Below are positions 1 through 16,020 of a stretch of DNA of 64,000 nucleotides, one piece after another (the stretch's first letter is position 1; each line of letters opens with the position of its first letter). The DNA comes from Octopus vulgaris (lineage: Eukaryota). Under the pieces are notes generated by a model that was not told the DNA's origin, ran no database searches, and saw only the letters and a program-made list of their open reading frames with translations. The DNA is taken from assembly GCA_951406725.2 (NCBI GenBank), contig OX597838.1:4588001-4652000 (forward strand). The letters run 5' to 3'. Position numbers and translations under genes: made by a program.

Positions 1-4
1 ATGT

Positions 5-50
<46 letters not shown>

Positions 51-104
51 CACATAACTCTCTCTGTCAATCTGTCTCTGTTTCTCTCTCTCTATCTCAC
101 TATA

Positions 105-172
<68 letters not shown>

Positions 173-355
173 TATTTATGTTTATGTGTGTGTCTGTTAG
201 CATAGGATGGTTGTGGTGGTATTCAAATGTGATGTTGTCTTCGTGTTGGAGTGAATGTAGGCGCAGAACTGTTTGCGAGAATTCTAAATGATGGAAACCA
301 TTCTTTTAGGAAAATGGCAACTTACACAGAAAGATCTTAAAGGAATACAATATAT

Positions 356-435
<80 letters not shown>

Positions 436-620
436 GCGTGCGTATATATATATATATATGTATACATATACATACGTTTTTTATACATGTTTATATGTTT
501 ATAAATATTCATGCTTTTATATATACATATAAACACAAATACACACATATATAAATGTCTATACCTATTTCTATATATATATATACGTATATATATATTC
601 ACACATATATACGCATATTC

Positions 621-720
<100 letters not shown>

Positions 721-2049
721 TGCTAAAACATATTTGGCAATGGAATACAAAGAACACAACATCTCAGAAACCTCTTTGAAAAAGCGATGGTAAATAAATA
801 AAAAAAAAAACTGCTTCTATCTCGAAACTGAAGGAAAATTAAAATTAAACAAAATCACAAAAACAAAGCGGAATAAAATTGTTGTTTATTTTTTTGAAGT
901 GTAAAAATAAAACCAAACAAAATATAAAAAAATTAATAAAAAATGATGTCAAAGAATTCTGGGAAATTTATGGCGGAAAACAACTTCTGAATGTCCCTCC
1001 CTCTCTCTCTCTCTCTTGTTGTTTATAGATCTGGGATGAAACCACCTGTTTTCTGAGGAGAATAATATTGCTTGCCCTCCCAATCTCTTCCTCTCATTCT
1101 CTCCTTTCTCTAGCACTTATTTGCCCCTCCCCCTCCCTGTCTCTCTCCCTCCATATCTCTCTCCCTCCCTCATTCTATCTCTCCCCCTCTCTTCCTCCCT
1201 CTCCCCCTCTCCCTCCATCTCTCCCGCCCTCCCTCTCTCTCTCCCTCCTTCCATGTCTCTCTCCCTCCTTCCATGTCTCTCTCCCTCCATCTCTCTCTTT
1301 CTGCCTCCCTCCCTCTCTCTTTCTCTTATTGTTTCTCATCATCATCATCATCATCATCGTTGTCGTTGTCGTTGTCATCGTCGTCGTCATGAGCATCCTC
1401 ATCATCTTCTTCTTTCGCTTCTTCTCTTTCTTCTTCTTTTTCTTCTTCTTCTTCTTCTTCTTCTTCTTCTTCTTCTTCTTCTTCTCTATCTGTATACTGA
1501 TCATATTGTCTTATTTTCCTTTCTTAGTCTATCACTCTTCCTGATTTGTGTGACTAGTTTTCACATTAGAATAATCTCCTTCCAAGTTTGCAATTCCCCT
1601 CATTAAGCCAACGTCGTCAAGAATTTGTCTTAGCCAACCATACCGTCGTCATCCCAATACTTATAACTACCCGGAACCTATTTTATCGATTTCTATGTAG
1701 CTTAGTCCTCACTGGCAATGAGTGTGACGCTGTAGCGCACGCGACACATTCGCCGACGGTTTCAGATGCTTGTGAAGTCACCAACCTCGTTCAATCCGCT
1801 ATTTTTCCTGGTAGAACCCCGAGCATCTGACAACTTGTTGTACTCTTACTCTTTTCCAGTTGGACCTAACAAAGAAACGGGGAATTAAGTACCTTGCTCG
1901 ACGACACGGTACGCTGCCTAGCCGATGAATGGAACTCACACTTGTGAGGCCAGGATTATAACCACTGGTTCACGTACCACCTCGAATCATAGGATATAAA
2001 GAGTTGCATAAAACGGATAAACACGCATATATCTTGTATCTTTTGTCTT

Positions 2050-2270
2050 CTTTCTTTTACTTGTTTCAGTTATTAGACTGCGGCCATGCTGGGGCACCGC
2101 CTTGAAGAATTCATTGTCGAATAAATCAACACCAGGACTTGTTTTTAAAGCCTGGTATTTATTCTATCGGTCTCTTTTGACGAACCGCTAAGTTACGTAC
2201 ACAGTCTAGTATCTGTTGGCAAGAGGTGGTGGGTGACAAACACAAACACACACAGACGCACGCACACCCC
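2050..2270 (-). mobile_element. SINE family B 3' half; similar fragments at 22518-22672, 32515-32755, 34350-34570 and 51888-52040
   Basis: TTTTACTTGTTTCAG...GACTGCGGCCATGCTGGGGCACCGCC...GAACCGCTAAGTTACG. Confidence 0.8.
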
Positions 2271-2372
2271 CACACAAATACAATTCAGTATTCTGTATTC
2301 TAACACAGCTTCCGTTTTTAGCAGGAGATAAGAGTTACTATTTCGTATTAATAATGATTTTGTCGCTATTAT

Positions 2373-2546
<174 letters not shown>

Positions 2547-2640
2547 GTAAAGAGAAAAGAACTAGAATGTCTCAATTAGACGGACACCGCATACAAACAC
2601 CTACAACCACACACGCATGCACACACACACACACAATATG

Positions 2641-2671
<31 letters not shown>

Positions 2672-2911
2672 GTGTGTATATAAACACGTGCATGTATTCG
2701 TATAAGAATATGGTAGTGTACAATTTAGCACATTGGTAATAATTGTAATGTTGCTCAGAAGATATGAGGGTATCGTTCCTTAGTTAAATAGCGTTCAGGT
2801 ACATGTCAATTGAAATGCTATGAAGTGAAGTGGAATAAAATAGATTAAAATAAAATACTCAATGAAATGAAAAAATCAATAAAATACGTTTAAGAACTTT
2901 TCGCCCACCGT

Positions 2912-2967
<56 letters not shown>

Positions 2968-3150
2968 TTTAAACAAGAATATATTTGTTAAGATATTTCA
3001 TATTTTACAAGATTATTTACGTATATTTATTAATTTATCAAATTAATTATTTTATTATTGGTGTTATCTTTAACCTGAAGAGTGGCTATATTTATATTGA
3101 AGTATTGAAGTGATTTTACTACTACTACTATAATTTTTACTATTATCATA

Positions 3151-3199
<49 letters not shown>

Positions 3200-3640
3200 C
3201 ATATATATATATGTATGTATATATATACATATATATGTATATATATATATGTATATATCCATTCAACCTCCAACGTAAACACATACACACTGACACTCAC
3301 ATACGCACACACTTAGATTTAAAGATTTATACACATCGATGTATATAATTCCGTGTATACATGCCTAATTAGTAACGCTCTCTAGGAATCGCTATGCATT
3401 ATTTTGCAGAATACCAAACAGGTTTGTCTGTGTGTGCGAGCGTCAGTGCGCGTGTGTGCGTATGTGTGCGTGTGTGTGTATGTGTGTGTGGTGGCGGGCG
3501 ACGGCGGGAGTGGCTGAGTGATGGAGTCAGGTATATTTCTCAATTAATAAAACGACCAGACGTAGACTGCAACATCACACAGCGATAAATAATGCCATTG
3601 TGTACCATTACGCAGCCACCTACAAAGATATGATATATGG

Positions 3641-3697
<57 letters not shown>

Positions 3698-3871
3698 TAC
3701 ATAAATATATATATATATACATACATATATATATATATGTGTGTGGAAACATATATATATACATATATACATATACATGTATATATGAATGTATATATAT
3801 ATATATTTATATATATGAGCTTATATACATATATGTATGTTTATATATATGTATATATATGCATGCATATG

Positions 3872-3907
<36 letters not shown>

Positions 3908-3957
3908 TATCTATTCATATTTATATATATGTACATATGTATATACATTACATACCA

Positions 3958-4001
<44 letters not shown>

Positions 4002-4498
4002 GTCTCCATGTATCTATGTATCTATGTATATGTGTTTTATATATATATATATCTATATCTATATTCATCTCTCTCTCTATATATATATATATACATATAT
4101 ATGTACATATGTATGTGTGTTTGTGTGCATACATGTATGCATGCATGCTGCGAATCACATCTGCTTTTGTTATTGCAGTATCACGCAGAGGTGCAGCGCT
4201 GCGGCGGACAGCTTGAACGCCATACCTTATTATACCGGGCACATTATTATCTTAACAAGCAAGATTATTAAAATCAAGAAATTATAAGTTAAGGAACGAC
4301 GGTATATTTAGCCTGTGGTATCTTGGTGTAACTGATAAAATGAGGAGCGGAGAGGAGATAAAAGCAAGCTGCTGCACGTTCGAATACGATGCTACGTAAA
4401 CAAAAATGCAAAAGTCTTCAATGGAAGAAACAACTTATGCAAAATGGATTTGGAGATACAGTCTACTAATCATCACTGAGTGTGTGGGTGTGTTTGTA

Positions 4499-4529
<31 letters not shown>

Positions 4530-4752
4530 GTGTATACATCTAGGTGAGTGGTGTATATATATAAACATTATTTACATATATTATATGCATGCTTATATAT
4601 AAAATTTTATATATGCACATGTGTTAGTTTATATATGTGTACTGAAATGTGTGTGTGTGGATACATATATGTATATATATATATATATATATAGATATAT
4701 ATGTGTATATATATATATAGATGCATGAATATACGTATATATATATATATTC

Positions 4753-4792
<40 letters not shown>

Positions 4793-4954
4793 GCACACGC
4801 ACACACACACACACATATATATATACTGGTAAATGTATATACATACATAGATAATTATTTACCGTTCATAAAAATTTCTATTTATCACACACAGAGATTC
4901 ATATATATATATCTATATTTATATGTGTGTATATATATATATATATATACATAT

Positions 4955-5015
<61 letters not shown>

Positions 5016-5471
5016 AACACGAATATGTATGTTTGTTTATACTAGTATATATATATGTATATATATAAATATATATATGTAAACACACACACTCACACAT
5101 GTATATATATATATATAATTCTTTGTTCACTAATATGTTCATATTCTCTTATAATTATCCGAGATATTTCTGTATTATTTGTCTATGCTCACAGGATACT
5201 ATATTTTGTGATAATCTATATTTTTCTTGAACCATTAATTAGCATCGTTAGCAGAATGCCGAGAAACTATTTGCGGACAAATCAACGGGAAACTTCTATA
5301 TTTTTGCCGCTCCTTCTAGAAATAACAGCAACCAAATCTCAATTCACAGCTCATCTCCTTAAAACACGACAGGACATTTTGAATAATTTCCATTAAACGC
5401 CTGCTTACCTTATTTCGAAGCGAAAACAATATCAATACGTTAAGATTTACTCGTTGTTTAGTTAAATTTTG

Positions 5472-5810
5472 CACGAGAGTGGGCTGAGAAATTCTTAGGC
5501 TGCCTATGAAGGAATAATGCTAAAGCTGTGAAATGCATTAATACTAGTACTTCTTGTTAATAACTGCATTGTTTTTCCCAGAATAAACTGAGATTTGACG
5601 ACTGTTCAAAGAAGACTTCGGAAGTAAATAGTTGCAATTTCTCTTGAAAATGGATCAAATATGGCATCACGATCTTAACATGTACCCACAGAAAAAGTTC
5701 CCAAGGATATTCTTGTACACATGCTTGCTGCATTACGGCATGACGGTACAGCTTTATCAACAGTGCAAAATTGGGCAAAATGTAGCAGTCCCAGGAAAGG
5801 GAAGAATGCT
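5472..5810 (+). mobile_element. mariner element 5' remnant (TIR plus N-terminal transposase fragment)
   Basis: TIR-like CACGAGAGTGGGCTGAGAAATTCTTAGGCTG at ~5472 resembles the reverse complement of 55480-55510. From ATG 5650, MDQIWHH...QKK/PKDILVHMLAALRHDGTALSTVQNWAK...RKG resembles the mariner paired-like HTH region; frameshifted. Confidence 0.7.
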
Positions 5811-5965
5811 ACTGCTAATAATTAGCCCCAGGAGACATCGTTTCCAGTTGACTACGTGACACACACGTTCTGTGTCCTTAAGTTTTCAAACAGGGGAGAT
5901 AAGCACCTCCAGCTAGCTGCTGCTGTATAAGTCTCTCTGAGAGATTCAGAAATACAATATTTCTA

Positions 5966-6017
<52 letters not shown>

Positions 6018-6194
6018 TGTATGTACACACACACACATATATATATATACATACATATATATCATATATACATATGTACATATATGTTTATATACTTATG
6101 TATATACATACGTACATACACGTACGCACTCATAAACGCAGCCACACATGTAGACACAGACCTCCAATACACATACATGATCTCTCTTTCTCTT

Positions 6195-6225
<31 letters not shown>

Positions 6226-6239
6226 TATCCCTAATATTT

Positions 6240-6277
<38 letters not shown>

Positions 6278-6284
6278 AATATTT

Positions 6285-6357
<73 letters not shown>

Positions 6358-6774
6358 GATCAAATTTAGATTCGACAAGTGACAAGCCACATGCCTTACT
6401 GAAGAAGCCTCATATTACCGAAAGATGCTGTCCGTTGCTTACTTCTGCAGAATCATTATACGCTGCAAGTTCCTTTACGTCGATCCTACTGGGGGTGGGG
6501 TGGGGGATTGGGGGACATTTCCTTTTGGAATGTTTAAACAATGGCCTGAGGGAGTTTCTGTCAAGCCGATAACTAATCTCAGTTAATCGAAGTTGGTGTT
6601 TTGCAAATCTCTGCCATACATATGTTAGGCAATGTTATATTAAAACGACTGAAATATTAAAACGACAACCGACATCAAAATCAATGCAACATGCTTTGCC
6701 GCCCAAGCAATTTGCAGCAGACGACCATTTGCTGGATTGAAAATCTTCTTCATCGTCTGCTATTTCTTAGTGTT

Positions 6775-7408
<634 letters not shown>

Positions 7409-7999
7409 TTGCTTTATCATCGTCGCTATTTTTTCAGAGCCATTCTCTATTTGATTTTTGGATTCATATTGCTAATAGTGTTATATATACATACATATGT
7501 ACCTATACATATATATATATATATATATATACGCATACACACAAACATGCATATTCTTCCCTTTTCTATATAGTTTTCAATTTTACTCATTTTTATATGC
7601 CTTTTGTTTTCGAAATTTTTCTTCTCGATGTTTGTCTTTTCATTTCTTTTCTTTTTCTCATCGAATTCTTCACTTTCTTCTCATAGAACAGCAAAAAGAA
7701 TAGAATATTTTTGCTCACTTTTTCATGCTTAATATTTTTAGCTTAGTTTATTTTTGCTATATTTCTAAATATGTCATTTGTATGGTGGTTTGTTTGCCGT
7801 GTCTTCTATTTTCTTTTTTCTAATAATTCTTTAATATTTTTCATTAGCAGTTTCTCTTTCTTCCCCTCCTTTCTTTCTCTCACTACATACATAGTATATC
7901 CATCTATCTACCTACCTTTCTATCGCTCAACCTACCTACCTACCTACCTACCTACCTACCTACCTACCTACCTACCTACCTACCTACCTACCTACCTAC

Positions 8000-8105
<106 letters not shown>

Positions 8106-8282
8106 CTTTCTCTGTTTCGCTCTCTCTCCATTTGTTGTCTGTCTGTCTGCTTGCCTCTCTGTCTGTGTGTGTGTGTGTCTGTATGTCTATGTTTGTCTCT
8201 GTGTCTGTGTGTCTATGTGACTGTCGGTCTGTGTCTGTAATATCTATTTGTGTGTCTATGTGCATTTGTATATATCTCTGTG

Positions 8283-8369
<87 letters not shown>

Positions 8370-8842
8370 GTCTATCTATCTCTCTATCTAACTACATACA
8401 TTTATATGCATACATACATACATATATATATACATGCATACATATATATTTACATATATGTATATATGTATACATATATATAAAGATATATATATATATA
8501 TATGCAAAAATACATAGACTCACACACGTACCCTCATAACTACTTCATCTTCTTCCACTTCCTCTTCGTTTTCTTCTTCCCCGCTCATTTTTCTCCTTCA
8601 TCATCATCATCGTCGTCATCTTCTTCTTCTTCTTCTTCTTCTTCTTCTTCTTCTTCTTCTTCTTCTTCTTCTTCTTCTTCTTCTTCTTCTTCGTCTTCCT
8701 TCTGTTCCGTTTGATCTACGCGTTGTCTGGTAATGACTGCTTCAGTCTACTATTCCTCGGAAATATTACCATCTTAGGTGTAAAAGAAACATCAATACCA
8801 TCAAAAGTCAGACAGCGAGCGAGAGAGCGAGCGAGAGAGAGA

Positions 8843-8873
<31 letters not shown>

Positions 8874-8981
8874 GGTGAGATACAAAGATAGAAAGTAAGA
8901 GAAGGAACGACTGTGAGAAAGAGAAAGAGAGCTTCAAATGCTTTCCTTATTGCCGATAACAAAATATCTGAAACCAAAATT

Positions 8982-9034
<53 letters not shown>

Positions 9035-9066
9035 AAATAATAATAATAATAACAATAATAATAATA

Positions 9067-9101
<35 letters not shown>

Positions 9102-9161
9102 GATAATAAAGATAATATTAATAATAATAATAATAATAATAATGATAATAAAATAATAATG

Positions 9162-9213
<52 letters not shown>

Positions 9214-9371
9214 TAACAATAACAATAATGAAAATGATAATGATAATAACGGTACTAATATGAAAAATATTAGAAATAACAGTCGGAGCAACAATAGTGG
9301 TAATAAAATTAATGATATTAAATAAAGCGATAAAGAAGGAAATGCGAATAAAGAAAACGATGATGGCGTTC

Positions 9372-9430
<59 letters not shown>

Positions 9431-9665
9431 TAATATTTAATAATAAAATAATAGTAATATTTATAATAATAATATTATCAGCAACAACTTAAATAACACC
9501 AACACCTCTACCACCACCACCACCAACAACAACAACAGCAACAATAACAACAGCAACAACAATAATAACATACACAATAAAATAATGAAAATGCCACAAC
9601 TACTATTAATATTAAAACTACTACTATTAATGATAATATTCATAACAACGGCAGTATTATCATTA

Positions 9666-9697
<32 letters not shown>

Positions 9698-9752
9698 GTT
9701 ATTATTATTGTTATTGTTGTTGTTGTTGCTTTTGTTATTGTTATTATCATCA

Positions 9753-9792
<40 letters not shown>

Positions 9793-9824
9793 CATTATTA
9801 TTATTATCATTATCATTATCGTTA

Positions 9825-9871
<47 letters not shown>

Positions 9872-9893
9872 TTTATTATTGGTAGTAGTAGTT

Positions 9894-9948
<55 letters not shown>

Positions 9949-10259
9949 GAGCTGTGATGGTGATGGTAGTGGTTGTTACACCGCTGCTAATAATATCAAT
10001 GCTACAATTCGTAACGAAGATAACAGCAAACAAGAAACTGTTGTTCAACTATGAATTTTTGTTTTAATATCTGTACGCATGTATGCATATAAGCATGCTT
10101 GCACACATATGTATATACACACATACAGCACGCACATACACTCACACACACGTATAGTTGCTGACAGAGGTATATGCATGTATACAAGTATCTGACGATG
10201 TAACTATCGAGCAATTTATCTCTCTGTCTATCTATCTATCTTCTCTAAATGGGCGTATA

Positions 10260-10460
<201 letters not shown>

Positions 10461-10479
10461 TATATACATATATATATAT

Positions 10480-10554
<75 letters not shown>

Positions 10555-11679
10555 CTCACATGCGTATACATACATTAAATAAATATGCATACATACACAT
10601 AGACACACACGCACGCATATAAGGTATAAATTGGAATCTGCTTAAATCTATATTACAAAACATGAAAGATAAAAATAAAAAAACAAGAATTGCAGAATAG
10701 TGATCCAAATCCCACTCCATAAAAAATGTATACCAAAGAGAGCCTAAAAAAAGGAAAGAATAAACCGAGTTAAACTTAAGAGAAGGAATAAAAGAATAAA
10801 AGAATAAAAGAATAATGTTCATAATACCTTTATAATAAAATCACAAAAACAATCACAACATTGTAAACAAATATATTGAAATACAGAATAAAAACAAAAC
10901 AAAACATGGACAAAAACAGAATACAAGAATAACAGAATTTAAGTTGTGTTTCATTACGGTTTGTGTCTTCTTTTTTTTTCCGCCATTTTGGAAGTTGGAT
11001 TTTGTCGTTGTTTTTTCGTATTTTCTTCTTTGTTTTTGATTCGATATGGCTGTTGTTGTTGTTGTTGTTGTTGTCGTTGTCGCTTTTACTGTTGTTGTTG
11101 ATGTTATTGTGGTTATTGTGGTTGTTGTTGTTGATGTTGTTATTGTTGTATAAAGAGTGTACGTTTATTATATTTGTTCAGACTTTCAAAAGGATTTATG
11201 GCGGCCTGTTAATAAAACATCTGTCTATTATGGAGTATTAGAATGAAACGGCGATACAAACACACATGCATAGGCACGCATACACACATACACGCACACA
11301 CATACATGCATACACCCAAAGAAAAAAAAACAAAAGAGCCAAAACAGCAGCAACTCTCGCTTTCCACCTCTTATTCCTAAAAAAATGATAAGGAGTGGTG
11401 CTAGAAATAGCAGTTAAAATGTTCCCCTAAACAATACGTTATCATCGGCAGATGATAATAAATTAAAGTTATAAGGGAAGGACACAGACTGATAAAATTA
11501 GACTAGATGGTCACATCTGGAACATCTTTGATGGTAGGTTTGCTCCATCAGCATCGAGATTTGGTTGAATGAAAACAACTATAAGAGCAGCAAGAGGAAC
11601 ATCAAATTCAACAACAGCAGAAGTGGCGGTGGCAGCAGCAGAAACAATAACAGCAACAACAATGATAATTCTGTATACT

Positions 11680-11895
11680 AAAGGCACACGGCCTGAAATT
11701 TGGTGGGAGGGAATTAGTCGATTATTTCGACCCCCAGTGTTTCACTGGTTCTTAATTTATCGATCCTGAAAGGATGAGAGGCAAAGTCGACCACGGTGGA
11801 ATTTTAACTAAACATAGAGGGGACAAACAAGGACAGACAAACGGATTAAGTCGATTACATTGACCCCAGTGCGCAACTGGTACTTAATTTATCAG
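11680..11895 (-). mobile_element. Partial SINE family A
   Basis: GAAAGGATGAGAGGCAAAGTCGAC and GGACAAACAAGGACAGACAAACGGATTAAGTCG motifs. Confidence 0.8.
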
Positions 11896-12886
11896 CAGTG
11901 TTTGTCCTGAGGTAACAACTCTTATGTTATGTATGAACTTGCTGTGTTAGCATAGCAACTAAATTAGTTTCGCTACTCAACATTAGCAAACTTCGCCAAG
12001 ACATCGTCAGACATTAATTAGTATTAATAAAACAATTTTAAATGCACCAGTTATGAAATATTCTAACCATCAGCCGAAGTTATAAATGCCAAACCTTTTA
12101 CTGCCTTCAAAGATCCACTGTTTATTCGCGTAAATTCCAACCTCATAATATTTTGAACACCTCTGATTTTATCGGATCAACAGCTTAACTATTCATATAC
12201 AGATAAAAACTTAATTATTCTTTCAGAAATATAAAGAGAGAAAGTGTCACCGCATTCAATTTTTAAAACTTCTAAGCTTACATTTATCTTTTACATAAAC
12301 GCAGAAAAAATATTTAGCCCCAATTAAATTAAACTTGACTACTAATTAATACAAAACTTCGCTAGAAAACTCTCGGCTATTAAGAATAATATACTTTGTA
12401 ACTGTCAAATCTCTGTTCTGCAAAATGTGTCTTATAAAATATGTTATTTTCTATGGGGAAATTCAAATCTCATATTAATCTGAACGCCACTATTTACATT
12501 ATTTTAACAGTAAATCAATTCAAAGTTTTATAAGACCATAATTACTCTTTCCGAAATAAACAGAAAAAAGGTGTCACCACAGTTGGCAGTATTGTCTAGG
12601 AACTGAAGATTAAAAGCTTACGTTACGGTGTTTCAGGAACATCTTTCATACTGCTAAACTTTACAAAAATCCCGTTTCCTTCGACTCTTAGGAAATTCTT
12701 CAGAAGCTACCCTTACTCAAAAAACATTAATTGGACTAAATGAATTAATTTCTCTCGGCCCACAAAAGTACCGATACAATTAGACACCACGTTAATAAGC
12801 CGCTGACTAATGATCGACCAATGATAACTAATATTTACAAATTAAAAATCATCCAGGGCAGTGTCTTTAAAACTGTCGGTATTTAG

Positions 12887-13230
12887 ATCTATATTTAAGA
12901 GATGAGGAATTACGTACATTATTTACATTTGACGGATATTTGTCCTCATCTTGTTTGGCGTAGTGGTTAAGAGCGCGGGCTACTAACCCCAAGATTCCGA
13001 GTTCGATTCCAGGCAGAGACTTGAATAATAATAATAATAATAATAATGATAATAACAATGATAATAATAATAATAATCATACCATCGAAAAATACCTTGG
13101 GAATGAGAACCCAGGTTCTAAATTTCCCCAAGACACCTGATGAAGGCTGGAGAGTATATCAGCTGAAACGTTGTGTTAACAACAAACAAGATGAGGACAG
13201 ATATCCGTCGAATGTAAATAATGTAAATAA
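12887..13230 (+). mobile_element. tRNA-headed SINE-like element with hammerhead-containing Penelope-like tail and 5' inverted copy of its 3' end
   Basis: Box A TGGCGTAGTGG (12956-12966), box B GAGTTCGATTCC (12999-13010), (AAT)n spacer, hammerhead at 13132-13177. 12915-12956 is the near-perfect reverse complement of ~13184-13225. Flanked by the 13-bp direct repeat TGTC(G/A)GTATTTAG (12874-12886, 13231-13243). Confidence 0.8.
13132..13177 (+). ncRNA. Minimal type-I hammerhead ribozyme
   Basis: Stem I GACAC(13132-13136)/GTGTT(13173-13177); core CTGATGA (13137-13143) plus an extra A; stem II GGCTGG/TCAGCT; GAAAC (13165-13169); palindromic ACGT in place of stem III; cleavage triplet GTT (13170-13172). 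Confidence 0.75.
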
Positions 13231-13410
13231 TGTCAGTATTTAGGCTGAGTTACATTGTGTCCAACACATGGAAACTCGACAGAGTTGACGAATTATGTAA
13301 CAGACTTAAGAATACCGGAGAATGGTTGTGGTTGACTAAAACATACAAGCGCAACATCCTTAGTACGGCTGCACTCCGATGACTTAAAGTCTGTAAGTAT
13401 GTTGCTGCCG

Positions 13411-13494
<84 letters not shown>

Positions 13495-13533
13495 ATAATA
13501 AAAATATTGGTGATGAGGACGACGAGGATGATG

Positions 13534-13606
<73 letters not shown>

Positions 13607-14649
13607 GTAAGAGAGAGGGAGAGATAGAGAGATAGAGAAAGAGAAAGTGAGAGAGGGAGAGACACAGGGATGCACAAAGAGAAAATGTGTGTGGGTGAAT
13701 GTGTCTATGTTTGTGTTTATGTGTTTATGTGTATTGTGTGCGTATGTGTGTGTTTGTGTGTGTGTGTGTGTGTGTATGTGTGTGTGTATCTTTGTGTTTA
13801 CAGAACCGTTCAATAGTTTACACGAATTTTCGTAATTTTATTATCATCTTCTCTTTATTATCTTTTGATTTTCATTCACTCCGGTGAAACAATATACGAA
13901 AATACGAAAATACAAAAATACAAAAAAAAAACGAATCGAGAAGAAACCCAACAAAAACAATATATACAAAAACAAACAACAAAAAGAATCCAAGAAAAGC
14001 AACAAAAACAACGCTAAAACAAAGACAATTTAAGTCTAATTGAATTCGTTCGCGTTTAATATTCCTCTTACATATACAATCTTCAAAAGTCTTCAGACAA
14101 AATTACTAATTACCATTTTATTTTTTTAATTGTTAGAATTTTTCGTTAATTTGTCCGAAGAAAATTTATTCATTTCTGTTATTTTGTTGTTGGTTGTTGT
14201 TGTTGTTGTTGTTGTTGTTGTTGCTGTTTTGATGTTGTTTTATTATATTTGTGTACGTGTATATATATGTGTGTGTACGTATATATATATATGTGTGTGC
14301 GTGTTTGGGTGGGTGTTTATGTTTGTTTATCGTTTTGAGAAATCGTCTGCGCAGATTTTTGGTAATTTTTCAAGCGAAACCGATTGTAGATTGATTGGCA
14401 AGTGAAGAACTACCATTACGAGTCTTTCGGTGCCAACGTCTACGTTAACAAAATGTCTACACAGTCGGTCGTTGACCTTGTTTCAAAGACAACAGCAAAA
14501 TCCCCCTCAAATCTCTCTGCACTGAAGTGAAAATTAAAAAAACAAAAGCTTGAAACATAAGCGTCCTAATGCATGGCTATTTGGTTAAGGCGCTCGATTA
14601 GCAACTGTGTGATGTCGGGTTCAGTTCCACAGCATGGTATACCTCCGGA

Positions 14650-15323
14650 CAGGCAGTTATCTGGCAGAAACGTTAGCACGCCGAGCTACGTCTGCCGTTA
14701 CGTTCTGAGTTCAAATTCCGCCGAGGTCGACTTTTCCTTTCATCCTTTCGGGGTCGATGAAATAAGTACCAGTTACGCACTGGGGTCGATGTAATCGACT
14801 TAATCCGTTTGTCTATCTTTGTTGGTCCCCTTTGTGTTTAGCCCCTTGTGGGTAGTAAAGAAATACGTATACCTCCGTATACACAGACGTGTGCATGTAC
14901 GCACAGATTATTGGCACACATTTCTATAATAGAAATATACAGACACCGGTATAAATATACATACCGGAAAATAAGCATGCAAAAACAGTCAATTACATAT
15001 ATACACATGGATAAACATTCACATACTAATACATAAGAATATATAGATCCCACCCCCACGCACACGCACAGAGCAGCCATAACGTAAGAAAAGACACCCA
15101 TATATATATACTTTTCTACTCTAGGCACAAAGCCCGAAATTTTGGGAGAGGGGGCTAATCGATTTCATCGACCAAAGTATGCCACTGGTACTTAATTTAT
15201 CGACCCCGAAAGGATAAAATGCAGAGTCGACCTCAGAGGAATTTGAACTCAGAACGTAAAGACAGAAGAAATACAGCTAAGCATTTCGCCCGGCGTGTTA
15301 ACGATTCTGCCAGCTCGCCGCCT
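14650..15323. mobile_element. Convergent SINE family A pair (+ 14650-14865; - 15110-15323)
   Basis: Family A head, box B and central domain in opposite orientations ~250 bp apart. Confidence 0.85.
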
Positions 15324-15437
15324 TGCAGTCTATATACATAGATACAAATATACACACGGTAAAATATATACAGTTATATACATACTTACCTAAATATGTA
15401 CATACACTCACATACAAACATATAGGCACATACAGGT

Positions 15438-15471
<34 letters not shown>

Positions 15472-15740
15472 GTTTATATACGCACTCTCACAGAAACACG
15501 CTCTGGCATAACATTGGCATACATACCGCAAAATACATATATATACACACGGCAACATTTACACATCTAGATATGTATGCACATACGAATACACAGGTGC
15601 ATAGAAACACAGAGACACACGGACACGCACAAATATACGCGCATACGCATATACACATGCAAAAAGAATATTGTTGCACACATTGTAAACATGCAGACAA
15701 ATATATACATGCAAATATACATACCTACATATACATACAT

Positions 15741-15803
<63 letters not shown>

Positions 15804-15981
15804 AAGAGAGAGAGACACACATTAACAGGGGAATAGACATAGACACACACACGTACACACACAATAATATACACACATGCATATACCCATACATAAGGAA
15901 TATTGTCGCACATTGCAAACATACAAACAGATATATATAGATATATACCTGCAAATATACATACGGTAACATGTACATACC

Positions 15982-16020
<39 letters not shown>

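Noticed and set aside
6375-6635. Possible LINE C-terminal fragment on the minus strand (LRLVIGLT...GHCLN)
   Set aside because: Similarity is too short and interrupted to support without a database search.
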